A stretch of DNA of 64,000 nt from Octopus vulgaris (GCA_951406725.2 OX597822.1:93124001-93188000); one strand, 5' to 3'. Numbered from the stretch's first letter, positions 13,091 to 26,317 are shown. A program made the numbers and translations. Notes: a model not told the origin generated them from the sequence alone.

Positions 13091-13406
13091 ATATTTGTAG
13101 ATACAATTGTTTCGTCATATTTCTACACCCGTAGTGCATAGGTTTAATGTTGCGTAATCATTATTATAACATCCAAGAAGCGAAATGCTCCTCTTTAGGT
13201 AATTGTTACGTCTTTCGTTACGTCGTTCATTAAATAAGTTCTACCCTCGTTTCACTCAGTGTGAGAATGCATACCCAATGTGATGTGTCATTTTCGGCAG
13301 TTTACAGACAACACTACACCCATTTATATATATATATAGTCTAATTTACGCATACATTAAATCATAATCCACACACCGTATACATACACACATACATATA
13401 TTTATA

Positions 13407-13449
<43 letters not shown>

Positions 13450-13552
13450 TTTTATTTTTAGATATAAGTGATGTACTCAAGTGTAGTTATGTTTTTAGCT
13501 TGTGCTTTTTCCATGATCATACGTGAGTATTTTATTTATATCCCATCGAAAG

Positions 13553-13613
13553 CTCTACCGAAGAAAGAATATATCTTTTATAAGATTAATTCCGAAATTG
13601 ATTCAATATAGAG
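13553..13613 (+). ncRNA. Minimal type-I hammerhead ribozyme
   Basis: Stem I CTCTA/TAGAG; CCGAAGA (13558-64); stem II gaat..atctt/aagat..attc; GAAA (13594-97); near-palindromic TTGATTCAA; predicted cleavage after A13608. Lies in a ~300-bp element bounded by (TA)n. Confidence 0.75.
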
Positions 13614-13742
13614 ATAACGAAATTTAAATTTTCTAAAGGTTAGTTGCCCGTTTTCAGTTTCAATTCTCCTGTAGCAAGCGGATTATAAGTGGATAAATCA
13701 GTGTATTGGCTTTAGAATAACCCTCTTTAGCCCTTAATTATA

Positions 13743-13822
<80 letters not shown>

Positions 13823-13871
13823 ATACATATATATGTAAATATAGCTATCTATCTATATATATATACACACA

Positions 13872-14030
13872 CGGCCGGATCGGAGCGATCTCAAGATTAA
13901 TCAGCCGAAATTGCGAGGATGACCCGGTTCTTGACTGAAGATTAAAGGCTTCGAATGACCCGTCCGTTTTTTGTGTCGTCTATTTGAATGTTTTGCGTTC
14001 TTGTCCCATTTTGTATTTATATATATTTTT
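13872..14030 (+). mobile_element. TA-associated non-autonomous repeat (partial)
   Basis: Homologous to 47635-47830. Confidence 0.55.
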
Positions 14031-14310
14031 TATACATACATATATATATACTTGTATACGCATGCGTGTACGCGTTATCTGTTAAACCACCCAGCAACAA
14101 TAACGTTGCGTTATTTACTTTTTCTTTACTCGTGTTTGTGTAATCGTTCTTATTCAAGGCATATATATGTGTGTGCGTGCGTGTATGTGTGTATATATGT
14201 GTGTGCATGTGTACACACACACACACACACACACATATATGTATGTATGTATGTATATGTATGTATGTATATGTATGTATATATATAGATATTCATATAT
14301 ACATACATAC

Positions 14311-14359
<49 letters not shown>

Positions 14360-14372
14360 CATACATATGTAT

Positions 14373-14416
<44 letters not shown>

Positions 14417-14567
14417 TGAGCAACTGTGTAAATACACAAATATAGACCCAGGTACATATATACCTTCGTAGTTAATAAATACAGGTATTTGTGAGCAAAC
14501 ATTCCCGCCCATCAGTGTCGCTGTCATTAAATCAATCAACGATGTTTGTCCAGGCCGGTGATATGAG

Positions 14568-14880
<313 letters not shown>

Positions 14881-15428
14881 GTCTCTGACTGGCTTCTGCT
14901 CAAACGCCGCCTTCCAAATTTCACCCACAAGATATCGGCCGACCCGTGACTACGGTGGAAGACATTCAGCAAGAAGACCCCCTCCCCGCTCTTGGATCGA
15001 ATCACGAACCACGAACCACTTATACCACATACCACGACATCACTGTGGTTGTATTACGAAATACCCATCCGCTCTCTCTCACACTTTGTGATGTCTTTGT
15101 TTTCCTTTCAACACCTTTTATCTATTCTCATTTCTGAAATCCTCACCGTTTTGTAACGCGTCATCGTTCAATACAAGAAAATAATTACAATGGCTGTTGT
15201 TGGTTTTTGAAGCTGAAAGCCATGTCTTAATAATAATCTCCTGTCTGACTTAATACTATATTAGTTTTTCACGAATGTAAGATCTGTTGTGTTTATTACA
15301 CAATGTTATTGTTAGTGCAGAAATGTGAAATGATGAGGAGAGGTTAATCGGTGCATCTTGCTCGGTTAGCGAAGAAAATGTGGTCAATTGCTTGTCGTCA
15401 TCGTAATCGTCGTCAACCCATAGACATT

Positions 15429-16042
15429 AGTGTCTCGGGTCGTAGGACTCACAGTGTTTCAGGTCGTAGGACTAATAGTGTCTCGGTTCGTAGGACTAAT
15501 AGTGTCTCAGGTCGTAGGACTCACAGTGTCTCAGGTTGTAGGACTCATAGTGTCTCGGGTCGTAGGACCCATAGTGTCTCAGGTCGTGGGACTAATAGTG
15601 TCTCGGGTCGTAGGACTCACAGTGTCTCAGATCGTAGGACCCATAGTGTCTCGGGTCGTAGGACTAATAATGTCTCGGGTCGTAGGACTCACAGTGTCTC
15701 AGGTTGTAGGACTCACAGTGTCTCGGGTCGTAGGACCCATAGTGTCTCGGGTCGTAGGACTCATAGTGGCTCGGGTCGTAGGACTCACAGTGTCTCAGGT
15801 CGTAGGACTAATAGTGTCTCGGGTCGTAGGACTAATAGTGTCTCAGGTCGTAGGATCCATAGTGTCTCAGGTCGTAGGACTCATAGTGGCTCGGGTCGTA
15901 GGACTCACAGCGTCTCAGCTCGTAGGACTCATAGTGTCTCGGGTCGTAGGACTCAGTATCTCGGGTCGTAGGACCCATAGTGTCTCGGGTCGTAGGACTC
16001 ACAGTGACTTGAGTCGTAATGTCTCAAGTTGCAGGACTCATA
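15429..16042. repeat. 24-bp minisatellite, about 25 units (AGTGTCTCGGGTCGTAGGACTCAC)
   Basis: Direct tandem repeats with no spacers. Adjoins the 3' tail of a minus-strand SINE (16040-16250). Confidence 0.95.
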
Positions 16043-16268
16043 GAGCTAGTTTCTCGGTTTCTACGGCGTATAAGTGACTGAAATCACAGGAAATACCTTG
16101 AATGAGAGTCAACCAATTTACAGCTGAGTTGACTGGGCCAACGAGAAATGGAGTGTTTTGCTCAAGAACACAGCGCACAACCAGGTCGGAGGATTGAAAC
16201 CACGATCTAGCGACTATGACTGCAGCAGATTAGCAACTAGGTCATGTGCATATTATTATGAAAGCCTC

Positions 16269-16307
<39 letters not shown>

Positions 16308-16749
16308 ACGCGCGCGCGTATGTGTGTCTGTGTGCATCTTTGTATTTGTTCCACCACTATCTGACAACCGTTGTTGGTCCGTTAACGTACCCATAACTTA
16401 GCAGTTCGGTACAGAGACCGATAAAATAAGTATAAGACTTTTAAAAAAGGTGTCGGTTTGTTCCACTAAATCACTCCAAGGCGATGCCCCAGTATGGCCG
16501 CAGTCCAACAAATGAAGAAAGCAAAAAATAAAAGACATCTTAACTTCTTTTCTGTTAATTATTTCTCCTAGGCACAGGCATGGCTGTGTGGTGAAGAAGC
16601 TTACTTCACAATCACATGGTTCTGGGTTCAGTCTCACTGCGTGGCATCTCGAGCAAGTGTCTTTTACTATAGCCTCAGGCAAACCAAAGCCTTGTGAGTG
16701 GATTTGGTAGACGGAAACTGAAAGAAGCTCATTGCATATATATATATAT

Positions 16750-16942
16750 TGTCGTCATCGTTATCGTCGTCAACCCATAGACATTAGTGTCTCAGGTCAT
16801 AGGACTAACAGTGTCTCGGGTCGTAGGACTAATAGTGTCTCAAGTCGTAGGACTCATAGTGGCTCGGGTCGTAGGACTCACAGTGTCTCAGGTCGTAGGA
16901 CTAATAGTGTCTCAGGTTGTAGGACTAATAGTGTCTCGGGTC

Positions 16943-16944
<2 letters not shown>
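16750..16944. repeat. Second copy of the 24-bp minisatellite (~6 units) with the same 5' flank
   Basis: Shares the flank tgtcgtcatcgt.atcgtcgtcaacccatagacatt with 15394-15428. Inserted in a TA run inside a family-2 SINE. Confidence 0.9.
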
Positions 16945-16987
<43 letters not shown>

Positions 16988-18089
16988 TGTGTGCCTGTGT
17001 TTGTCTCCCCACCATCGCTTGACAACCGATGTTGGTATGTTTACGTCCCCGTAACTTAGAGGTTCGGCAAAAGAGACCGATAGAATAAGTACTAGGCTTA
17101 CAAAGAATAAGTCCTGGGGTCGATTTGTTCGACTAAAGGCGGCGCTCCAGCATGGCCGCAGTCAAATGACTGACACATATAAAAGAATAAAAGAATTTCT
17201 TTGTCGTTTACAATTCTTTAAACTCTTTCTGCCAGTCTTCTGCCCCGAGTCAAAAGCACGTTGATTCTAATCCTTGTATGTCTTCTAGTTTCCGTCATTA
17301 GACAACGGTCATGCTGGGGCACCGCCTCCAAGAATTTATTTTGACGAAAGAATCGATCTCAGTACTTTTTTTAAAGCCTGGTAGTTGTTCTATCAGTCTG
17401 CTTTGGCGAACTTCAAAGCTACAGGGACGTAAACACACCAACATCGATTATTAAGTAGTGGTGGGTTACAAGCACAGACACAAAGGCACACACACTCTTA
17501 GATACATACATACATACACAGAAACACACACGCAAACACACACGCATATGTATGCATACAGGCGCGTGGCCAAGTGGATCACTAGATCGTGGGTTCGATC
17601 CCCTGACTTGGAGGCGCGTTGTGTTCTTGAGCAAAATTTTTCATTTCACATTGTTCCAATCCCCCTTTCGACCAGGAGGGAATATTGGCCTACTCACCTA
17701 GCTAGTAGGGTGGCGTCATTTGAAGGCTAAAACAATGCAAAAGCGCATTGTTACCAGCGATATGTAACAACATCTGATGGCCTCGTCGGTCATGTGATCT
17801 CGCGATATATATATCTATATATCGTTGCTATTATGCAAAAGTGTCGTAAGTCCAAAACGTTGCTTTTTCAGAAAACGAAAAAGTAGTTTCACCATTCTAT
17901 TTCTTTTTACATCAGCAACAGTTTCAGCCTAACAATAATACTTTGTTGGGTGCATAAAATCGAAACTCCATGCTTGTATGATATTTTTGCGAAACTGTCG
18001 TATGTGGGACTCACTACACTTTTGAAAAATGCTAAACCGTTGTACTACACTTCTATACTTAGATGAGGAATTATGTATATTATTTGATT

Positions 18090-18240
18090 AATAATAATAA
18101 CATCGAAAAATACCTTAGGAATGAGAATCCAGGTTCGAAATTTCCCCAAGACACCTAAAAAAGACTGGCGGGTATATCAGCCGAAACGTGTTAACAACAA
18201 ACAAGATGAGGACAAATATCCGTCGAATGTAAATAATGTA
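18090..18240 (+). mobile_element. Short pLTR-like repeat with decayed HHR
   Basis: ACAC-(mutated core)-ctg..cag-CC-GAAA-CG-TGT at 18151-18192. Confidence 0.4.
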
Positions 18241-19072
18241 GGTTGTACTATACTTTGACAATTTTCACATCTTGTCATCCGAAGCAGCCGGAGATACGAT
18301 AGTTTGACCAAAAGAGCTGGCTATTGCAAGAAAAATTAAATATTGAAAAAAAAAAGTGTTTGGCCAAATTTGGACATACGACAGTTTAACATAATAGCAA
18401 CGATACATACATACGTCGGGCTTCTTTCACAAGGCTTTGGTCACCTGGAGCCTATAGTAGAAAACACTCGCTTCAGGTGGTACACAGAGGTACTGAACCC
18501 GGAACCACGTACTTGGGAAGCATACTTTTTACCACACAGCCGCGTCTGCGGTAATGGATTTCTTGGCCATTCTGTTCGTGACTTCTTCAAAGATTTTATT
18601 CACATGGAGGCGCAGTCCGAACAAGGACCACTAAGCACCTTAACTGCACCTTTGGTCCAATGACAGAATATTTTGCCCCACATTGTCCCATCTCTTCAGA
18701 TGCCGAATTGCGAGCGCACCAACATCTCCTGGTTAAAACATGCCCTCGTTACCCACTGATTGTTTAAGCCCTTTGCTTCGTATGGAAGAAATGTTGCCAA
18801 GCACTTTGGGAAGCGTACAAACGATCCAGACACCTCGCCAATGATAATAATAATAACTTTATCTGCTATAAGCACAATGCCGGAAATTTTGGGGGAGAGA
18901 GCCAGTCGATCACATTGACTCCAGTACGCAACTGGTACTTAATTTATCAAACCCTGATAGGATGGAAGGCAAAGTTGACCTCGGCGGAATTTGAACTCAG
19001 AACGTAGTGACGGGTGAAATACCGCTAAGCATTTCACCCGGCGTGCTAACGTTTCTACCAGTTCACTGCCTT

Positions 19073-19108
<36 letters not shown>

Positions 19109-19111
19109 AAT

Positions 19112-20214
19112 CAGCGAGGCGTATCAAAAAAGGGTGAAGATGCTGTCGAAATACAACCTGAATGCCAAAAATTTGATTACTGTAAAGAATATCTGGGCAG
19201 TTGCGGTGGTCAGATGTAATGCGTCCATCCTCAAATGGACTAAGGAGGGAATATCAACACTGGATAGAAAGATGAGAACGTTGATGACGCTGCATGGGGC
19301 GCTAGACCCTAAAGCAAACATAAACAGACTGTATATGAAAAGAAAGAATGGTGGCAGAGGACTAATTGGTATAGAGTGAAAGGAGAACGCTTTCGAGTAT
19401 TCGATAAATAGTGATGAAGACCTGCTGCAATATGCCGCGAAAGAAAAGGGTGTAAATGCAAATGAAATGATGGGCAAGGAAGAGTTTAACCAAACAGTTG
19501 AGAAGAAGAGAACAGAAGACCTTCTTGAAATGTGAATGCATGGAGAGTTTGAAAGGAATACACAAGACGTTAAGGATAATACAGTATCGTGGGCATGGTT
19601 TGAGCGAGGTGATTTGAAGCGTACCACCGAAAGCCTGTTCATTGCTGTACAAGACTATAAAGTGTGTGTGTGTGTATCATCATTGGCTCATATGCCATAA
19701 ATACCAATATGAAGTAACAGAGAAATGGTATGAGAATGTACCAACTAAAATTATGCAGAATGGAAAAGTAGCGATACTCTGGGACTATGACTTTCAGACG
19801 GATCGTGTAATCGAACACCGTCGGCTGAATATTGTTATTTTGAATAAGAGAGACAAATACTATCAGATCATTGATGTAGCCATACCAAATGACATGAATG
19901 TTGTGAGAGAAGAGGTTGAAAAAATCACCAAGTACTCCGAATTGAAAGTGGAAATAGCAAGACTGTATGGAATGCGAGAGGGTAATGTAAAAGTGATAGC
20001 AGTGGTGATCGGAGCGTGGGGCTCAATTTCGGTTGAAACTTCAAGACTTCTTAAGGCAACTGGAAATTCCATGCAAGATTGATGTCTTGCAAAAAGCAGC
20101 CTTATTGGGCACAGGGCACATCTTAAGGAAAGTATTATCTGTCTGAGATCCTTGTTGTGACTTGACAGATGACTAAAGACTCCGGTGCATTTTTACCTAA
20201 ACTGTGTTACGAAG

Positions 20215-20215
<1 letters not shown>
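19112..20215 (+). pseudogene. R4/Dong-clade non-LTR retrotransposon 3' fragment (RT thumb plus restriction-like endonuclease)
   Basis: PKANINRLYMKRKNGGRGL, ILWDYDFQTDRVIEHRR and IIDVAIPND...EKITKY motifs. Stops, frameshifts and an internal deletion. Embedded between (AAC/AAT)n and (TAA)n. Confidence 0.85.
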
Positions 20216-20283
<68 letters not shown>

Positions 20284-20291
20284 TGATGATG

Positions 20292-20390
<99 letters not shown>

Positions 20391-20717
20391 GCCAAAGCAA
20401 ATAAAGTAGCAGTATTGATTGGCTTAATGACAGCTGCACAGACAGGAGAGAATGTGAATATATATGTGTATGTATACACATAATATTTGTATACATACAT
20501 GTGTACACATACGCTCACACATATTATATGCACACAATGATAAATGTATGTGTGAGTATATATCGATGCACACACACACACATAACACGCAGAGAACACA
20601 GAGCCATTTATTATATCAGGAAAGGTAAACAAAAAAGATTAGAGAAAGTGTAGATGAAATTTTATAATCTTTTAATATTATTATTATTATTATTGTTGTT
20701 GTTGTTGTTATTATTAT

Positions 20718-20881
20718 AGGCGCAGGAGTGGCTGTGTGGCAAAAAAGCTTGCTTCCCAACCACATGGTTCCGGGTTCAGTCCCACTGCGTGTCATCTTGG
20801 GCAAGTGTCTTCTACTATAGTCTTGGTCCAACCGAAGGCTTGTGAGTGGATTTGGTAGACGGAAACTGAAAGAAGCCCGTC

Positions 20882-20956
<75 letters not shown>

Positions 20957-21170
20957 TGCTTGTTATTTGTGTCTGTGTTTGTCCCCCACCATCGCTTGAC
21001 AACCGATGTTGGTGTGTTTACGTCCCCGACACTTAGAGGTTCGGCAAAAGAGACCGATAGAATAAGCACTACGCTTACAAAGAATAAGTCCTGGGGTCGA
21101 TTTGTTCGACTAAAGGCGGTGCTCCAGCATGGCCGCAGTCAAATAACTGAAACAAGTAAAAGAGTATAAG
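20718..21170 (+). mobile_element. tRNA-derived SINE (family 2, internal TA/TG microsatellite)
   Basis: GTGGCTGTGTGG A-box and GGTTCAGTCCC B-box. Other copies at ~16570-17200, 27420-27770, 36610-36890, 41510-42000, 45115-45440, 55425-55805, 57315-57700, 58000-58405 and 59640-60345. Confidence 0.9.
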
Positions 21171-21808
21171 TACATATGCTTCTCTTTTCTACGGACAATA
21201 AACCTACCAATGGAACTTTGGAGAATTATTGATTCTTGGAGGTTATCTTCCCTTGTCATATTTATTGTATTATGTAAAAGCAAAAATCATTTCGTTCTAC
21301 TTTTATTGTTTCCTTATTTTACTTTTCGTTTTTCTATCCATTCTTCATGACCGGTAAATACAAGCCCGTGGATTACTCTTGTTTCGCTTTGCTTGTAAGA
21401 TAACCATGAAGACACGCCCACCTCGATATATGTATAAATTAGCGAAGATTCGAATATCTACAGTAAATGACATTTATACATAATTCTGAAGAATCGAACT
21501 CGGTACATGTTTTCACAATGATACTTCATGAATCAACAGCTACATATATTATAGCTCAGCACAGCAATGTTCATGGAATCCTTTATTACATCAATTTATA
21601 ATTACATTAATTGTAATATGATGTAAGAAAATAATTTGTCCACTTCATTGATCTTGCTTATGATTGTAAAAATTCTGCGGATATTTGTGAATTTTCAGAT
21701 GTGTCTGATAAAACAAACTTTCTTCGGATAACTGTTTGTCTGATAATATGTACACTTGGGTGAGCTTAATAGGGTGAATTCTAAGGTTAAAACCAGAATG
21801 AAATAATA

Positions 21809-22029
21809 TAGAGACACGCATGTTTCAGGATATTTGACCATCATCGGTCTAGAGTAGCAGAAGCCCGCCAGCCGCAGATATCTGTCTCGACCTCGTAAAT
21901 ATATATATATAATTTTCAGTGAAAATTATATATATATATTTACGAGGTCGGGACAGATATCTGCGGCTGGCGGGCTTCTGCTACTCTAGACCGATGATGG
22001 TCAAAGATCCTGAAACTTGCGTGTCTCTA
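21809..22029. repeat. 221-bp near-perfect palindrome (inverted pLTR segment) with an HHR in each arm
   Basis: Centre at ~21919 (aattttcagtgaaaatt); few mismatches between arms. Confidence 0.9.
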
Positions 22030-22031
22030 GA
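21985..22031 (+). ncRNA. Minimal type-I hammerhead ribozyme (mirror copy on - strand at ~21809-21853)
   Basis: Stem I TCTAGA/TCTAGA; CCGATGA (21991-97); weak stem II; GAAA (22012-15); GTC cleavage triplet at 22023-25. The mirror arm has self-complementary stem III ACATGCGTGT. Confidence 0.7.
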
Positions 22032-22040
22032 TGCGGGCCT

Positions 22041-22180
22041 GGCTTCTGGAGGTGTTTATCTCCCCTTCGTAAATATATAAGGACACAGGAAAAAATGTGT
22101 CGAAGCCATCAGGAAGCGTCGATGCTTCCTAGGGCTAAACAGCGGTGGTGTAATCCCCTACTGTCACGTTAAATTGACAG
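22041..22180 (+). ncRNA. Conserved multi-hairpin RNA motif downstream of HHR (copy B)
   Basis: GGCTTC..GAAGCC; ggaggt/atctcc; GTAAATA; gacaca/tgtgtc; aggaagc/gcttcct; AGGGCTAAAC; ctgtca/tgacag. Confidence 0.6.
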
Positions 22181-22596
22181 TTTACGACCATTCTATTGCC
22201 CCACCACCGTACATATCTCTATGAGATATTTAGAAATTTAATATTTCTGAAATAATATACACATGGGTCAAAACAGTTTGAATCAAATGTGTTGCTACTC
22301 TTGAATTTCAAGCGCGATGCTAGTCGTCAGCCACGAATTTGAATCAATGTAACACTCATTGGTTGAGTCCCTTTTTTCGTTTGCGTATTAAATTCATCTC
22401 TCGCTGGATGGAGTAATTTTTTTATTGATTCTACCTCAACTGGAATTCTCTCTCTCTCTCTTCTCTCTTCTTCTTCTCTCTCTCTTGCCTCTCTCTTCTC
22501 TCTCTTTCTCTCTGTATATATACATAGATTCAATGGTATCTTCGCAAATTATTTTTTCGTGAATTATTAGTTCCGTGTTCAAATTTTATATATATG

Positions 22597-22925
22597 AGGA
22601 GACCCCCTTCGGTCATGAATGACCATGGGGTTGCACCTAGAAAGTTACCCTCCGAGACAAAGTCCGGGCAAGGTTGTTTATGGAAGGCCAGCAGTCACCC
22701 ATGCGTACCAGCCTCCTTCTCTCCACACAACTGATGTTATCCAAGGGAAAGGCAAAGGCCGATACAGCATGGCACCAGTGATACCACAACTTATTTCTAC
22801 AGCTGAGTCAACTAGAGCAACGCAAAATAAAGTGTCTTGCTCACGAACACAACAAGCAGCCCGGTCCGGGTATCGAACTCACAACCTCACGATCGTAAGC
22901 TCGACGCTCTAACCATTGAGCCATA
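22597..22925 (-). mobile_element. tRNA-derived SINE (family 3)
   Basis: tRNA-like head near 22860-22925. Homologs at 34262-34600 and 27850-27990. Confidence 0.8.
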
Positions 22926-23042
22926 TATAAAATTTTTAACTAGATCTCTTGTAATTTCTGGAAGAGATTTGAAACCACCACCTATGTGTTGTATTACTAC
23001 TTCTCAACGAACACTCATGCCTATAATACATAGTGGTTTTAC

Positions 23043-23170
<128 letters not shown>

Positions 23171-23387
23171 CATACACACACACACATGCATATATACATA
23201 TATATCTATATTTAGATATGCAATTATTCGTGTCTATCTGTCTATCTATCTATCTATCTATCTATCTACATACACACATATCATACATACACACATAGGA
23301 TCGTTTGTAGAAAACAAAACCGAAGAAGAAGCACATACACACATAAACACACACACATACACACAAACACACACATACATACATATA

Positions 23388-23418
<31 letters not shown>

Positions 23419-23653
23419 TAAAAAGTAATAAAGCCAAGGTTATATATTAATATTTTGCACAACTCAATTTATTGATTGTAACAACCCCATAAAGTAACTG
23501 GAACTCGTCTGGGCGCCGGTGTTAAACAACAGATTTGGTTTCTAAGTTATAAAAACATCCATAGCTACACGGTCAGAAATACAAGCATATGAACATAAGC
23601 GCACACATACGATCCCATACACACACATACACGCACACACACACACACACACA

Positions 23654-23736
<83 letters not shown>

Positions 23737-23944
23737 TCGCATGCATTTATTAAATTGCGTATTATGAATGGAACTTTTGTCTTACATACCAGTGGATACG
23801 GGAAACATAAAAACAGGGTGCCTATAAAAACAGGGCGCCTATCGAAAAAGGAGCCCGGATTCCGTAACATATTTAGAAACACGAAAAAGCAATCAACCTT
23901 TTGTTTGCAAGTGTCATTGTGTTATTTCGGCCGCTTGTAACTGG

Positions 23945-24135
23945 TGTTCAGAAGCCATGGGTAGTAATTTACTAGTTTCCTTCGGTTGTCCACTTTTAAT
24001 TGCTGGTACACAGTCTTTTAAACACTGTAGACTTTTAAACACTTGTCAACATGACCTCCTACTTATGCGAGACTGCTGCACAAGCTTACGTATTGGCTTC
24101 TTTGTTGCTTCAAGTAATCATTTGGCGAATACCTT
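23945..24135 (-). pseudogene. Tc1/mariner-superfamily transposase N-terminal fragment
   Basis: KKPIRKLVQQSRISRRS...QQLK.D.R.K...W resembles the HTH region of DUF4817-type transposases. Confidence 0.4.
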
Positions 24136-24291
24136 ATGAGAAAAATCCAACAGTATATACCATTCTGCCTGAAAAATGGATCTACAAATTCAATATCCTT
24201 ATATATCTCTCATCTATTTTCTTTCCTCCACCTCACTCTCTATTTTTTTATCCTATCTAAATTAATTATTACTTAACCATCCTCTCACACT

Positions 24292-24344
24292 GTCCCCGAT
24301 GAAGGGATATAATTAATAAATATCCTGGAAACAGCTGTAAGAAC
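24292..24344 (+). ncRNA. Minimal type-I hammerhead ribozyme in a PLE 3' fragment
   Basis: CCGATGA (24296-302); ggatat/atatcc stem II; GAAA; palindromic CAGCTG; TA. Stem I decayed. Upstream EKWIYKFN resembles a PLE GIY-YIG C-terminus. Confidence 0.65.
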
Positions 24345-25623
24345 TTCTATCTATAAATGTTCTAATATTTACACACCTTTAGTTTTTTTAATCTCATTAC
24401 GCAAAAAATTCTTATATATATATATAAATTCTATAATTATAAACATAATTATAATTAGGGTTCAGCAAGATTGCTTCACCACACACTGAAATTTAGAAAT
24501 AGCAGTTAAATAATATTCCATTACCATAAGATATCTCCCAAGCAGTAATACTCCCAACTCACGCAGGTAAAGAGAAAAAATAACGAATACACTCGGCTTT
24601 GATCAACTATATACGCATTTCTGGATTAAAGAGATGAAAAATTTTATTTTTACTCACTTATTTCCGTCTTCAGTATAGTATTTCAATTATAAATTTGAGA
24701 GTGCTAATAATTAAAATATGTATTCGACCAATAAATATTATATATATATATATCAATATCTATAAATCTGAAATGTGAAAAGTTTGTTTGTCTGGTTTTG
24801 GCATTGGAACGGGTTAAAGGCCACTAGATCCCGTTGGATTGACTCCAAAATTTACAGGGACATGTAAAATGAGGTGAGGATGTTAGTGGACTAGGTTAGA
24901 AACCCCTATCTTAAAAGGTGTGGTTACTAGGGCAAAAAACGCACACTTTTACAAGTCTTCTCTCATTCTCTTATCTGCTTGTCTTCCTCCGTCTCTCTCT
25001 CTCTTTCCTCCCTTCCTTTCACGTTCTCTTTATAACGTCGTTTGATAGCGTCTACTATCTTCCCCCGCCGTCTTCACTATTTCTCCCACATCCCCCTCTC
25101 TCTCTACGCCTGTCTGCATTCATAGAGAGTATTATTATCGCCACACAATCATGAGAACAAATATTATGAATCAGATATTTATTGGGTTAATTTATATGTG
25201 TGTGTGTGTGTGTGTTCTATATATGAATATGTATATATAATGTATATATACAAAGTGTATATATCTGTATTTATATATATATATATAATTTGTATACATT
25301 TATATATATAATGCGTACACACACACATATATATATATATATAATGCGTATATATGTACATATATATATTGAATGCGTATATATATATAATGTGTGCATT
25401 ATGTGGTCGGTTGGGCTGAAAATATGCACACCTATGTTAAGAGTGCTGGCGAGTTTGCATGGCAACTATTTTTTTCCTCAAATGAAAGGCGTGACCTCTA
25501 GGACAAAATTCCTCATCTTATAAAATGTGGCCCGAGTAGACCCGAATGAAATCGGGTTATATTAACCAAAATGTGAAAAGAGGTCTAAATGGGTCTGGAA
25601 GGGGATTAAAATTTACAGGAGCG

Positions 25624-25895
25624 GGTGTTTAGGAATTCTCTGTTACATCAAACTAAAAAATTTGCGCCAGCCTTTAAATCTTCAATGTGTTGCCGCCCAT
25701 GATGAAGTTTTGAATGCTTGCCATGGTGAGTCTACAGTCGTGAGAAAGAATCACTTCAAAACTTGGTGTTTAGGAATTTTCTTTTACATCAAGTTCAAAA
25801 TTTTACGCCAGCCGTTAAACACTACGTTGATGTCCGTCGTTAAGAAATGCCAGCCATGGTGACTCTACTATCCTCAGATTTTATCCCTTCAAACT
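25624..25895. repeat. Diverged ~140-bp tandem duplication
   Basis: ggtgtttaggaatt..ttacatcaa..cgccagcc..gccatggtga.tctac occurs twice. Confidence 0.7.
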
Positions 25896-26059
25896 TTGCA
25901 ATATTTTAAAAAATTTTTATTCAGCTCGCAAGTTCGTCTGTCCCTTTTAAATGTTAGTGTTTTGCTGTCTGCCTCGACGCAGACCTTTCCGTTGTCACTG
26001 CCTGATATATAAATATTTCAAAATATTTTCTTTCTCAACTTACTCAAGATCTTTTGTTG

Positions 26060-26251
26060 TTTATAAATGGGAGAGAGATAGATAGAGAAAGATAGAGAGT
26101 AATAGAAAGCGAGGGAGAGTCCGAGAGAAAGGAAGAGTAAGAGAGTGGGATAGTGAGAGAGAAAGGAAAGAGAAACAAAGAGGGAGAAAGTGGTGATAAC
26201 AAACAGAAAGTAACACTCTTACCAGCGAGTAGAGCGGGTCACCTTAAGCTA

Positions 26252-26317
<66 letters not shown>

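Noticed and set aside
15429-16042. CRISPR array, or a 206-215 aa repeat protein (SVSGRRTH)n
   Set aside because: There are no unique spacers and no cas genes, and the context is eukaryotic. The ORFs arise only because a 24-bp unit lacks stops.
22041-22145. Calling the conserved motif an HDV-like, pistol or twister ribozyme, group II intron D5, or c-di-GMP riboswitch
   Set aside because: Only short word matches (GCUAA, GUAAAUA, AAGCC); the required pseudoknots and catalytic loops could not be built in all copies.
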